Positions 37,158 through 46,085 of a DNA stretch of 64,000 nt are shown here, piece after piece (position 1 is the first letter of the stretch; every line of letters starts with the position of its first letter). Location: the NCBI GenBank assembly GCA_016930695.1, contig JAFGGD010000031.1, positions 26,519 through 90,518 on the forward strand, in the 5' to 3' direction. This DNA is from Candidatus Eiseniibacteriota bacterium. Its GTDB lineage: Bacteria > Orphanbacterota > Orphanbacteria > Orphanbacterales > Orphanbacteraceae. The notes under the pieces were generated by a model that saw only the letters and a list, made by a program, of their open reading frames with translations, had not been told where the DNA came from and ran no database searches. A program made the translations under genes and the position numbers.

Positions 37158-37187
37158 TTGACAGCCCCTCGGGGCGCCCGGTAGGCT
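37158..37187 (+). promoter_or_regulatory. Candidate sigma70-type promoter for the acyl-CoA dehydrogenase gene.
   Basis: TTGACA at 37158-37163, a 17-18 nt spacer, then TAGGCT at 37182-37187. The start codon lies about 87 nt downstream. Confidence 0.35.
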
Positions 37188-37273
37188 CCTCACACCAGTC
37201 AAACGGAATCCATGATCGACGGGGTTCCTCATCGCGGGTTTCCCCGCCCTAGAACCGCACAGAGGTAGTGAAG

Positions 37274-38419
37274 ATGCACTTTGGGTTGACCGAAGAACAG
37301 GAAATGATCCGGAACATGGCGCGCCAGTTCGCCTCCGATATCCGCGAGGAAGCGCAGAAGGCGGAGGATGAAGGGGTTTTCTCACGGGAATTGGCGGGCA
37401 AGCTCGCCCGGAACGGTTTCCTCGGCATGTGCGTGCCCGAGGAATACGGCGGCCAGGAGATGGATTTTCTCAGCTACCTGATCGCCACCGAGGAGATCTC
37501 CCGGGCGGCCGCCGGACAGGGCATGCTCGTCGGGCTCCATAACTCGCTCCTCAACTTCCCGCTGCAACACTTCGGCACGGAGGAGCAGAAGCGGAAATAC
37601 CTGGTCGGTTCGGCGACGGGCGCGCTGCTCGGCTGCTACGCCCTCACCGAGCCGGAGGCGGGATCGAACGCCACCAACCTGAAGACGATCGCCCGCAAGG
37701 ACGGGGACGACTATGTGATCAACGGGCGGAAGATCTTCATCACCAACGGATCGGTGGCGGATTTCGTCATCCTTTTCGCGAGGCTCGAGCGGAACGGCAA
37801 GCTCACCCGCCACGTTTCCGCCTTTCTCATCGACAAGGGAACTCCCGGGTTCTCCGTCGGCACGGTGGAACAGAAGATGGGCCTCAAGAGTTCTCCCACG
37901 GCGGAGCTGATCTTCGAGGACGTGAAGGTCGGTCCCGAGTCGCTTCTCGGTCCCGAGGGGAAGGGGCTTCGTGTGGGGGTGGACACGCTTCACGGCGGCC
38001 GGATCGCGGTGGCGGCGTCCGGCGTCGGCATGGCCGAGGAGGCTTTCGTCTGCGCCCGCGCCTACGCGCTCGAGCGCGAGCAGTACGGTCACAAGATCGC
38101 CGACTTCCAGGGGATTCAGTGGATGCTCGCCGACATGCGGACCGAGATCGATATGGCCCGGCTGGTCACCTACGACGCGGGCTGGCGGAAGCAGGAGGGG
38201 CTTCCCTACGCGCGGCAGGCGTCGCAGGCGAAGCTGGTCGCTACCGAGACGGCCACCCGCTGCGCGGGCCGCGCCATCCAGATTCACGGCGGGTACGGAT
38301 ACATGCGGGAGTACCGCATGGAGCAGATCTACAGGGACGCCAAGGCGGCGGAGATCTTCGAGGGAACCTCGGAAGTGCAGAGGAGCACCATCGGCCGGGA
38401 TGTGCTGAAGGGGGATTAG
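37274..38419 (+). CDS. Acyl-CoA dehydrogenase (short/branched-chain, butyryl-CoA dehydrogenase-like).
   Basis: MHFGLTEEQEMIRNMARQFA...YALTEPEAGSNATNL...GGYGYMREYRMEQIYRDAKAAEIFEGTSEVQR is the canonical ACAD start and end. Confidence 0.85.
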   Translation: MHFGLTEEQEMIRNMARQFASDIREEAQKAEDEGVFSRELAGKLARNGFLGMCVPEEYGGQEMDFLSYLIATEEISRAAAGQGMLVGLHNSLLNFPLQHFGTEEQKRKYLVGSATGALLGCYALTEPEAGSNATNLKTIARKDGDDYVINGRKIFITNGSVADFVILFARLERNGKLTRHVSAFLIDKGTPGFSVGTVEQKMGLKSSPTAELIFEDVKVGPESLLGPEGKGLRVGVDTLHGGRIAVAASGVGMAEEAFVCARAYALEREQYGHKIADFQGIQWMLADMRTEIDMARLVTYDAGWRKQEGLPYARQASQAKLVATETATRCAGRAIQIHGGYGYMREYRMEQIYRDAKAAEIFEGTSEVQRSTIGRDVLKGD

Positions 38420-38437
38420 CTCCGCGGGAACGACGCG

Positions 38438-38476
38438 TTGGTTCGGGGCCGCCTTCCTCGGGAGGCGGCCTTTTCG
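38438..38476 (+). terminator. Rho-independent terminator after the acyl-CoA dehydrogenase gene, lying between converging genes.
   Basis: The hairpin ggccgccttcc-tcg-ggaggcggcc is followed by TTTTCG. Confidence 0.55.
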
Positions 38477-38488
38477 CGCCCGCCGGTT

Positions 38489-40411
38489 TCAGCGCGGTTC
38501 GGCGGTTTCGCCGTTTTCGGCGGCGGCGCGTCGTAGCTCGTCGAGCGCCCCCGCCGCCATCTTCCCGATCCGTGTCCCCGGCGCGACGGAGACCGCCCCC
38601 TGGAAAGCGCCTATCGCTTCGCGTGTCAATCCCAGGTCTCTCAGCGTCAACCCCAGGTTGTACGCCGCGTCCTGCATCCTCCCGTCTTTTTCAAGACCGC
38701 GCAGGAACCAGTGGACCGCCTCCCGGTTCTCGCCCCCGCGCCGGTAGGCCATGCCGATCCAGAAGTACCCCTTGGCGTATGCGGGAGCGCGCTCCAGCAG
38801 CGAGACGAAGAAATCGACCGCGTCGGCGTAACGCCCGGTGGTGATCAGCAGGTTGCCGATGTTGTCGTAGATTCGTTGGCGGCCGGGGCAGATCTCGGCA
38901 AGCTCGTAGAGCACCTCCAGGGAGGAGTCCAACTCGCCGTAGGTGTAGTAGGCCATAGCCCGGTGAAGACCGTCGATGCAGGGGACCAGATCCTTGGGGT
39001 CCTCCTCCGTTTCCGTCGCCGATGCGTCCGCCGGCCCGTCCCTCTGGATGTACCCGATCGCTTCGAGACGCTCCCGCGTTTCCTCGTCGATCTCCTCCTC
39101 CTCCCGCTCCTCACTCGGTTTCCACTCGTCGACGAAATCCTGCATCTCCCGGGCCCGGCTTCGCTCCAGCATAAACAGGTTTTCCGTTTCGCCCGGATCG
39201 GCCGCCAGGTTGTACAGCTCCGGCTTGGGCGCCTCGATGTACTTCCAGTCCCCATCCTGGACGCCGAAGAGCCGGCTCGCGGCGTGGTGACCCGGCGAAT
39301 AGGTTTCGACGTAATTGACCAGCTTCCGGTTTCGCTCCTCCCCCAGCAGGAGGGGGACCAGGCTTTTCCCCTGCGTCTCTTCCGCGCCGGGGAGGCCGGT
39401 CAGCTCGAGGAGGGTGGGAAAGACATCCACGCTTCGGGCCGGCGACTCGACCAGCCGCGGCCAAGCGGGGGGGAGGGCGCCGCCGCCGATGATCAGGGGG
39501 ATGCGCAACGTGGATTCATAAAGGAAAGTGTCGTGGTACATCTCGCGGTGCTGGCCGAGTCCCTCGCCGTGATCGGCGGAGAGCACGATCAGCGTTCTCT
39601 CCCAGAGACCCTTCTCGCGCAGCATCCACTCCAGCTCGCCGATCGCCCGATCCAGAAAGGCGACCTCGCCGTCGTACTGGCGATCCGGCCAGCTCCTTTC
39701 GGGAAAGAGACCGTCGTAGGGGGGAGGCGGGTCGTAGGTTTCGTGGGGATCGAAATAGTGGAGCCAAAGGAAAAAGGGCTCCGAGCCTCCCTGTGCGAGC
39801 CACGCGCGGACGCGGGCGTTCACCTCGTTCGCCCGGCGCTGATCCGCGTTCCGGGAGATCTGGCTCCCCCTCGGGCCCCGCGCGATCCGCTGGTCGTAGA
39901 TGGTGAAAAGATCGGGCATCGTGTCGTCGTACTCGTCGAACCCTTGGTCGAGGCCGTACTTCTTATCGAGCTGGAAGGAGGAGACGATCGCCGCGGTCCG
40001 ATAACCCCCGGCGCTCAGGCGCTCCGCCAGGGTGATCCTCTCCGGGTCCAGACTGTAGGCGCCGTTGTCGTGGACTCCGTGGCGGGAGGGGGAGAGCCCC
40101 GTGAGAAAGCTGGTGTGGGAGGGGAGAGTGAGAGGGACGCTGGCGACCATTTCCGGAAAGAAAACCCCCTGCCGTGCGAGACGGTCCATGTTCGGGGTGA
40201 GGGCTCCCGGGTATCCATATGTGGCGAGCCTGTCCGCCCGGAGGGTGTCGATGGTGATCAGGATCAGATTCACGCCGGGCAGAAGAGGGGGGCGCGCGCA
40301 TCCCAGGGGAAGGAAGAGGAGGAGGGTCGCGCAAACGCCCCACCACACCCCACCCTTTGTGCGGCGGGACCGCCTTTTTTTGTTATTACTAATTTTGATA
40401 GTGCATTGCAT
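38489..40411 (-). CDS. Sulfatase-fold (alkaline-phosphatase superfamily) lipoprotein with a C-terminal TPR domain. Thr and His replace the FGly-motif Cys and Arg.
   Basis: The lipobox is LFLPLGC. The sulfatase blocks are LILITIDTLRADRL, FLWLHYFDPHETY and SADHGEGLGQHREMYH. The nucleophile motif reads T-L-P-S-H-T-S-F-L-T-G where a sulfatase would have C/S-x-P-S-R. TPR repeats occur at the C-terminus. A longer ORF reaches 40489, but the Met at 40411 gives a proper signal peptide. Confidence 0.7.
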   Translation of the reverse strand: MQCTIKISNNKKRRSRRTKGGVWWGVCATLLLFLPLGCARPPLLPGVNLILITIDTLRADRLATYGYPGALTPNMDRLARQGVFFPEMVASVPLTLPSHTSFLTGLSPSRHGVHDNGAYSLDPERITLAERLSAGGYRTAAIVSSFQLDKKYGLDQGFDEYDDTMPDLFTIYDQRIARGPRGSQISRNADQRRANEVNARVRAWLAQGGSEPFFLWLHYFDPHETYDPPPPYDGLFPERSWPDRQYDGEVAFLDRAIGELEWMLREKGLWERTLIVLSADHGEGLGQHREMYHDTFLYESTLRIPLIIGGGALPPAWPRLVESPARSVDVFPTLLELTGLPGAEETQGKSLVPLLLGEERNRKLVNYVETYSPGHHAASRLFGVQDGDWKYIEAPKPELYNLAADPGETENLFMLERSRAREMQDFVDEWKPSEEREEEEIDEETRERLEAIGYIQRDGPADASATETEEDPKDLVPCIDGLHRAMAYYTYGELDSSLEVLYELAEICPGRQRIYDNIGNLLITTGRYADAVDFFVSLLERAPAYAKGYFWIGMAYRRGGENREAVHWFLRGLEKDGRMQDAAYNLGLTLRDLGLTREAIGAFQGAVSVAPGTRIGKMAAGALDELRRAAAENGETAEPR

Positions 40412-40518
40412 TAATTGATTAAACCAAATTCTTGCCCCCTCGCGTCCCCGGAAAGACGAGGAGGAGGGGAAAAAAGTGAAAATTCCCATTTTTTCGCTCT
40501 ATAGAGGCGAAAAAAGTA

Positions 40519-40580
40519 TTGACGCCTATTTCGATGGGGCCTAATGTGGGCCCAGGTGGGTGGAAGTGGCGCATAATGGG
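40519..40580 (+). promoter_or_regulatory. Pmra-like promoter for the dcw cluster with an MraZ-box direct-repeat array.
   Basis: TTGACG at 40519-24, a 17-nt spacer, TAATGT at 40542-47. Four direct repeats sit at exact 10-bp phasing: GTGGG (40546), GTGGG (40556), GTGGC (40566) and ATGGG (40576). This matches the GTGGG-N5 MraZ operator architecture described in E. coli, Bacillus and Mycoplasma. Confidence 0.5.
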
Positions 40581-40749
40581 TTTTCTGAGCGTTCGCCACA
40601 ACCGCAAAAAACGTCCGGGATTGATCGCCTTTCGCTGATAGCCCTCCTGAGCGCTTTGCGAGCGCTCCACCCGATGGGGCCAGTATAGGAACGGCGACCC
40701 GGAAGCGCAACCTCCGGCGCGCCCCTTCCACCACCGCATCGGAGGCGAA

Positions 40750-41214
40750 GTGGGCAGACTACTCGGTCGCTACCAGGCCACATTGGACGAGAAGGGGAGA
40801 ACCAACATCCCCGCCCGCATCCGGAGGGTTCTCTCACCCGACCCGGAATCGCCGATCATCATCACCCGCGGATACGATGACTGTCTCGCCGTCTATCCCC
40901 TCGCCGAATGGGAGGCGGTGGAAAAAGACCTTCGCGCCCTCCCCTACAACGTCGGCAACACTCGTCTCTTCGCGCGCGAAATGGCCTCCCACGCCGTGGA
41001 GGCCGGACTGGACCGGTCGGGGCGGATCCTGATCCCCCGGGAACACCGCGAGTGGGCTCACCTGGAGAAGGACATTCTCGTCCTCGGCGTCATCACGCAT
41101 CTTGAACTGTTCAATCCTGAAATATACGAGCGGTATCGATCCGGATACGGCATGACCTACGAAGGGGTCGCCGAGGAGATGCAGAAGTACCGCTCCACCG
41201 GCCGGCAGGAATGA
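40750..41214 (+). CDS. mraZ: Transcriptional regulator MraZ.
   Basis: GTG start with GGAGG upstream. MGRLLGRYQATLDEKGRTNIPARIR, followed by the second DxxGR repeat (GLDRSGRILIPREHRE). Confidence 0.85.
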   Translation: MGRLLGRYQATLDEKGRTNIPARIRRVLSPDPESPIIITRGYDDCLAVYPLAEWEAVEKDLRALPYNVGNTRLFAREMASHAVEAGLDRSGRILIPREHREWAHLEKDILVLGVITHLELFNPEIYERYRSGYGMTYEGVAEEMQKYRSTGRQE

Positions 41215-42200
41215 TCCGGAGCGGAGACGTTCCCGGGCGACCCGAACACGTGCCCGTCCTTCTGCCGGAGACCGTCGAGGCGCTGCGCCCCTTTCCGGGC
41301 GGGCTCTTCGTGGACGGCACACTCGGCCCGGGCGGCCACGCGGAGGCGGTGCTCAAGGATGTGCGGGGAATCGAAGCCTTCGTCGGCATCGATCGGGACG
41401 GCGAGACGCTCGCCTCGGCGCGGACACGACTCGCCGGAATCTCCTTACCATCCCGTTTCGCGCACGGCGATTTCCGCGACTTGGTCCGCCTGGTCGGAGA
41501 GGAATGGTTGGGAAGGGTCGGCGGCGTACTGCTCGACCTGGGCGTTTCGTCGATTCACCTGGATGATCCGGAACGCGGTTTCAGCCACGGCGCGGAGGGG
41601 CCACTCGACATGCGCATGAACCGTCGGGACGAAAAGAGCGCCTTCGACGTGGTGAACGGCTACGACGAGAAACGTCTCGCCGACACGATCCGGCGTTACG
41701 GCGAGGAGAGGAACGCCCGTGCGATCGCGCGGGAGATCGTTCGGGAAAGGGAGTCCGGACCGATCCGGGACACCGCCCGCCTCGCCCGGGCCGCGGGGCG
41801 CCGGATCCCGGCGCGCATGCGGACCAAGGGACTCTCCCGTGTTTTTCAGGCGATCCGGATCGAGGTGAACGACGAACTGGGCGCGCTCGAGTCCGGCCTG
41901 GACGGCGCGTTGGAGCTGCTCGCGCCGGGCGGACGTCTCGTCGTAATCGCCTATCACTCCCTCGAAGACAGGATCGTGAAGGAGCGTTTCCGGCAGTGGG
42001 AACGCGGCTGTGTCTGCCCGCCCCGGGCGCCGGTCTGTCTCTGCGGGCGCGGGCCGCTGGTTCGTCTCCCGCACCGGCGTGCGATCCGCCCCGGCGCGGA
42101 GGAGACGGCGCGAAATCCGCGAGCACGAAGCGCCCGGCTCCGCACGGCGGAAAAGCTCGGCGGCGGCGCGGCGCGAGCGGGGGAGGAGGATCTCGGATGA
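41211..42200 (+). CDS. rsmH: 16S rRNA (cytosine1402-N4)-methyltransferase RsmH.
   Basis: HVPVLLPETVEAL...FVDGTLGPGGHAEAVL...GGRLVVIAYHSLEDRIVK. It overlaps the mraZ stop. Confidence 0.9.
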   Translation: MIRSGDVPGRPEHVPVLLPETVEALRPFPGGLFVDGTLGPGGHAEAVLKDVRGIEAFVGIDRDGETLASARTRLAGISLPSRFAHGDFRDLVRLVGEEWLGRVGGVLLDLGVSSIHLDDPERGFSHGAEGPLDMRMNRRDEKSAFDVVNGYDEKRLADTIRRYGEERNARAIAREIVRERESGPIRDTARLARAAGRRIPARMRTKGLSRVFQAIRIEVNDELGALESGLDGALELLAPGGRLVVIAYHSLEDRIVKERFRQWERGCVCPPRAPVCLCGRGPLVRLPHRRAIRPGAEETARNPRARSARLRTAEKLGGGAARAGEEDLG

Positions 42201-42646
42201 CGCGGAAAGGAACGAAAGAGAAGCGGCGGCGGCTTCACACGCCCCGCCTTTCCGTTCCGCCGGCGAAGCGGTTCCTGCCGGCGCTTCTGGCGGCGGTGAT
42301 CCTTCTCGTCGCGTGCGTCTCCCAGCGTTTTTCCGTCGTTCAGATGCACCAGGAGAACATGGAACTCCGGGCGGAGTTGGAGAAGCATCGCGGCGCGCGG
42401 GAGAGGGAGGAGGCGAACGTGGCCGCCCTTCTCGCCCGCGGTCGCATCGAACGGCTCGCCAGGGAGCGGCTGGAACTGCGGCCTCCGGAGCAGGGCGAAC
42501 AGGTCTTCCTCGTCGAGTGGACCGCCCCGATCCAGGGCGGAGGAGGGGAAGGATTGTTCGGGGGCGCCGGACGCGGACTGGTCGAGCTCATCGGCCTCGC
42601 CCGCGGCGATGCCGTCGATGGACGGGGGACGGGGGGGGGACGGTGA
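42197..42646 (+). CDS. ftsL: Cell-division protein FtsL-like (single TM plus coiled coil).
   Basis: ATGA overlap with rsmH. The TM segment is FLPALLAAVILLVACV. The coiled coil and RIERLARERLEL motif are present. Its position between rsmH and ftsI supports the call. Confidence 0.65.
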   Translation: MTRKGTKEKRRRLHTPRLSVPPAKRFLPALLAAVILLVACVSQRFSVVQMHQENMELRAELEKHRGAREREEANVAALLARGRIERLARERLELRPPEQGEQVFLVEWTAPIQGGGGEGLFGGAGRGLVELIGLARGDAVDGRGTGGGR

Positions 42647-44577
42647 GTCCTTTCGGTCGAAAGATCCGCATGTTCGTGGTCGTGACGGCCTGCCTCGCCT
42701 GTTGGGGCGTCCTCTTCGCCGGTTTGGTGCGCACGCAGATCGTGCGGCACGAAGAGTACCAGAACCGGGCCGAGCGGCAGCACACCTGCCGCGTCGAGGT
42801 GCCCTGCGACCGTGGACGGATCCTGGACCGGAACGGTGTGTTACTCGCCGGTACCCTCTCCTCCCCTTCGATCATCGCCAACCCGAGCCAGATTCGGAAC
42901 ACGGCCGAAACCGCCGCGCGGCTCGCGCCGATTCTGGGGCTTTCCTGCTCGTCGATCCGGAGCCGCATCTCGCGCGGGGGACATTTCGTTTGGCTCGAAA
43001 GGAAAACCGAGCCCGCCGTCGCGGAGCGGGCGCTCGCCGAAAACCTCCCCGGCGTCTACACCCTCCCCGAAAAGGATCGTGTCCATCCGCGGGGGGAACT
43101 CGCCCGGCTGGTGGTGGGGATCACGGACGTGGACAACCGGGGGCTCGAGGGGGTGGAGAAGTGCTTCGACGATTTCCTCGGCGGCGAGCCGGGTTGGCAG
43201 GTGTTGCAGAGGATTCCCGAACGGCGGAGCCGAAGCCTCCCCGATTTTCCCGCGGAGCCTCCTCGGGACGGTTGCGACGTGGTGCTCACGCTGGACGCGC
43301 GCATCCAAAGCGCGGTGGAGCTTGAGCTGGGGCGGGCGGTGGAGGAGCACGGCGCTTCCTGGGGGATGGCGCTCGCCATGGACCCGGCCACGGGCGAGAT
43401 TCTGGCGCTCGCCGCCACCGAGCCCGGCGCGGGGGCAGAGGCGGCGGCGCTGAACCGTTGTGTGGCGGCGCAGTTCGAACCGGGCTCCACGTACAAACTG
43501 ATCACCTACGCCGCGGCGCTGGAGGAGGGAGTGGTCCGCCCGGAGGACGTTTTCGACGCCGGCGGCGGGAAGATGAATTTCGGCGGCTACACCATCCATG
43601 ACCCGAAGGAATACGACAGCCTGACCGTCCGGGAGGCTTTCGAGTTTTCCTCCAATATCGTGACCGCCCAGGTGGCGCTTCGTCTCGGCGCGGAGGCGCT
43701 CTACTCCTATTCGCGCGCCTTCGGCATCGGCGCGCGCACCGGCGTGGAACTTCCCGGCGAAGTGACCGGGATGCTCCGCCGTCCCTGCGAGTGGAGCCGC
43801 CGCTCGCTCGCCACCGTGGCGATCGGCCACGAGGTGGCGGTCAATCTGATCCAGATGGTTTCCGCCTACGCCGCCGTCGCCAATGACGGCGTGCTGATGG
43901 AGCCGCGCATCGTCCGAGAGATCCTCTCGCCGGAGGGGAAACGGATCCGCGGTTACCCCCCCGTGCCGGTGCGCCGGGTCGTCTCGCGGGAGACGGCGTC
44001 GCTCCTGCGCGATTTTCTTCGAGGCGTGGTGGAGCGGGGGACCGGACGCGCCGCGGACCTCGGCGTGCTCCAGGCGGCGGGAAAGTCGGGAACGGCGCAG
44101 ATGCTGGAAGAGGGGGGCGGCTTCTCGAACCGTCGATACACCTCCTCCTTTATCGGATTCGTGCCGGTGGAGGAACCGCGCATCGTCGTCGCGGTCGTGT
44201 TGGTCGACCTGTCGGGGGTGTTTTACGGCGGTCTGGTGGCCGCTCCCGTCTTCCGGGAGATCCTGTGGAAGACGGCCTGTTGCGACCTGAGCGAGCCTTT
44301 GCGGGACGTGCTCGAGAGGGACGCGGCGGGCCGATGGGCCATGGCCGAGCGGACGTGCCGCCTGGACCCGGCGCCGGCGCCCGAGGCGCGGCCGGGTCCG
44401 GCGGCGGCCATGCCCGCCCTCGTCGGCCTTCCCCTACGGGAGGCGAAGAGAGTGTTGCTCGATTCGGGAATGCGGGTGCGTTGCGAGGGGACGGGAACGG
44501 TGACGGCGCAGGATCCGTCGCCGGGGGTCGCCCTGCAGCCGGGGGAACGTTCGTATCTAAAGGGAAGCGGAACGTGA
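42643..44577 (+). CDS. ftsI: Peptidoglycan D,D-transpeptidase FtsI (PBP3) with one C-terminal PASTA domain.
   Basis: GTGA overlap with ftsL. The N-terminal TM is followed by RGRILDRNGVLLA and SxxK/SxN/KTG blocks (STYKL, SSN, KSGTAQ). The C-terminal PASTA-like segment is MPALVGLPLREAKRVLLDSGMRVRCEGTGTVTAQDPSPG. Confidence 0.85.
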   Translation: MSPFGRKIRMFVVVTACLACWGVLFAGLVRTQIVRHEEYQNRAERQHTCRVEVPCDRGRILDRNGVLLAGTLSSPSIIANPSQIRNTAETAARLAPILGLSCSSIRSRISRGGHFVWLERKTEPAVAERALAENLPGVYTLPEKDRVHPRGELARLVVGITDVDNRGLEGVEKCFDDFLGGEPGWQVLQRIPERRSRSLPDFPAEPPRDGCDVVLTLDARIQSAVELELGRAVEEHGASWGMALAMDPATGEILALAATEPGAGAEAAALNRCVAAQFEPGSTYKLITYAAALEEGVVRPEDVFDAGGGKMNFGGYTIHDPKEYDSLTVREAFEFSSNIVTAQVALRLGAEALYSYSRAFGIGARTGVELPGEVTGMLRRPCEWSRRSLATVAIGHEVAVNLIQMVSAYAAVANDGVLMEPRIVREILSPEGKRIRGYPPVPVRRVVSRETASLLRDFLRGVVERGTGRAADLGVLQAAGKSGTAQMLEEGGGFSNRRYTSSFIGFVPVEEPRIVVAVVLVDLSGVFYGGLVAAPVFREILWKTACCDLSEPLRDVLERDAAGRWAMAERTCRLDPAPAPEARPGPAAAMPALVGLPLREAKRVLLDSGMRVRCEGTGTVTAQDPSPGVALQPGERSYLKGSGT

Positions 44578-46085
44578 TGACCGTGGAGAACCAGGCGATG
44601 CGTTTCGATCTCCTTCTCGAGGAGGCGGCGCTTCCGGTGAAAGAACGGGTGGGCGATTGCGCGGTGCCCGTCCGGCGGATCACGGCCGACTCCCGCGCCG
44701 CCGGTCCCGAGAGCCTCTTCGTCGCCCTCCGCGGTTTCCGCACAGACGGCCACCGCTTCCTCCGGGAAGCCGCGGAGCGGGGCGCCTCGGCGGCTCTGGT
44801 GGAGCAGCCGAACCGCGCCGTGCGGATCCCTCAAGCGGTTGTGCCGGACACGCGGATCGCCCTCGGTGAAGCGGCGGACCGTTTGTACGGAAGGCCGAGC
44901 CGGGCGATTCCGGTCTTCGGCGTGACCGGCACGAACGGCAAGACCACGGTGATCCATCTGCTCGCGTCGATCCTTCGCTCCGCCGGCGGGCGGTGCGGGC
45001 TCCTGGGCACCCTCGGATACAAGTGGGACGGCGAAAGCCTGGAGGCGCCGAACACGACGCCCGGTCCGGACGTGATCCACGGCCTGCTCGCGCGGATGCG
45101 GGCGGACGGGATCGATCGGGTCGCCATGGAGGTCTCCTCGCACGCCGTCTCACTGAAGCGTGTTTCCGGGCTCAAGCTCCAAGCGTTGGCGCTCACCAAC
45201 GTCACCCGGGATCACCTCGACTTCCATCGGAGCGAGGAGCGCTACCGGGAAGCGAAGCGCCGTCTTTTCTTTCCGGAGCTCGCCGGAGAAGACAGAGTGG
45301 AGGTCGGCGCGGCGGTCTTGAACCGGGACGATCCGGTCGGCGCGGAGCTGGCGGCGGAATCCCCGCTGCCGCGGATCACCTATTCCGTCGGCGGCGACGC
45401 GGACCTTCGCGGAGAGATCCTCGCCTCCGAACCGGAAGGGCTCCGCCTCCGTCTCCGTTACGAGGGGGAGGAGGCGGAGACGCGCCTCCCCATGGCGGGC
45501 GCCTTCAACGCCGCGAACGCGCTCGCCGCCGCCGGACTCGCTCTCACCGCGGGGGTCCGCCTCGCGGAGGCGGCCGCCGGGCTCGCCTGGGCGGCTCCTC
45601 CTCCCGGAAGGATGGAGAGAGTCGCCGGCGACCAAGACTTCACCGTAATCATCGATTACGCCCACACGCCCGACGGATTCCGGCAACTCCTTCCCGCCGT
45701 CCGAGCCTTCACCGTGGCCCGGCTGATCGTCGTGTTCGGATGCGGCGGCGAGCGGGACGAGGGGAAGCGGGCGATCATGGGTGAGATCGCCGGGGCCGGG
45801 GCGAACCTGGTGGTTCTGACCGATGACAACCCGCGCGGGGAGGACCCGGCGAAGATTCGTGCGCAGGTCGAGGAGGGGTTGCGGAAAGCCGGCGCGATCT
45901 ACCAGGTGATTCCGGACCGGAGGGAGGCGATCGCCCACGCTTTCCGCGTCGCCGCCCCGGGGGACACGGTGGTCCTCGCCGGCAAGGGACACGAGCGCTA
46001 TCAGATCATCGGCCGCGAAAAATTCTCCTGGGACGAGCGGGCGACGGCGGAGGAGCTTCTCGCCGAAGGGGGGGGCGGATCGTGA
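44577..46085 (+). CDS. murE: UDP-MurNAc-L-Ala-D-Glu:meso-DAP ligase MurE.
   Basis: GVTGTNGKTT; DNPRGEDP (the DAP-specific DNPR motif). The start overlaps the ftsI stop. Confidence 0.9.
   Translation: MTVENQAMRFDLLLEEAALPVKERVGDCAVPVRRITADSRAAGPESLFVALRGFRTDGHRFLREAAERGASAALVEQPNRAVRIPQAVVPDTRIALGEAADRLYGRPSRAIPVFGVTGTNGKTTVIHLLASILRSAGGRCGLLGTLGYKWDGESLEAPNTTPGPDVIHGLLARMRADGIDRVAMEVSSHAVSLKRVSGLKLQALALTNVTRDHLDFHRSEERYREAKRRLFFPELAGEDRVEVGAAVLNRDDPVGAELAAESPLPRITYSVGGDADLRGEILASEPEGLRLRLRYEGEEAETRLPMAGAFNAANALAAAGLALTAGVRLAEAAAGLAWAAPPPGRMERVAGDQDFTVIIDYAHTPDGFRQLLPAVRAFTVARLIVVFGCGGERDEGKRAIMGEIAGAGANLVVLTDDNPRGEDPAKIRAQVEEGLRKAGAIYQVIPDRREAIAHAFRVAAPGDTVVLAGKGHERYQIIGREKFSWDERATAEELLAEGGGGS

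Noticed and set aside
36791-37273. Possible riboswitch or ncRNA in the 483-bp mutA / acd intergenic region
   Set aside because: I could not recognise conserved riboswitch cores (no AdoCbl B12-box, no T-box specifier or antiterminator). The region is GC-rich with only a promoter-like TTGACA-N18-TAGGCT. It would need an Rfam scan.
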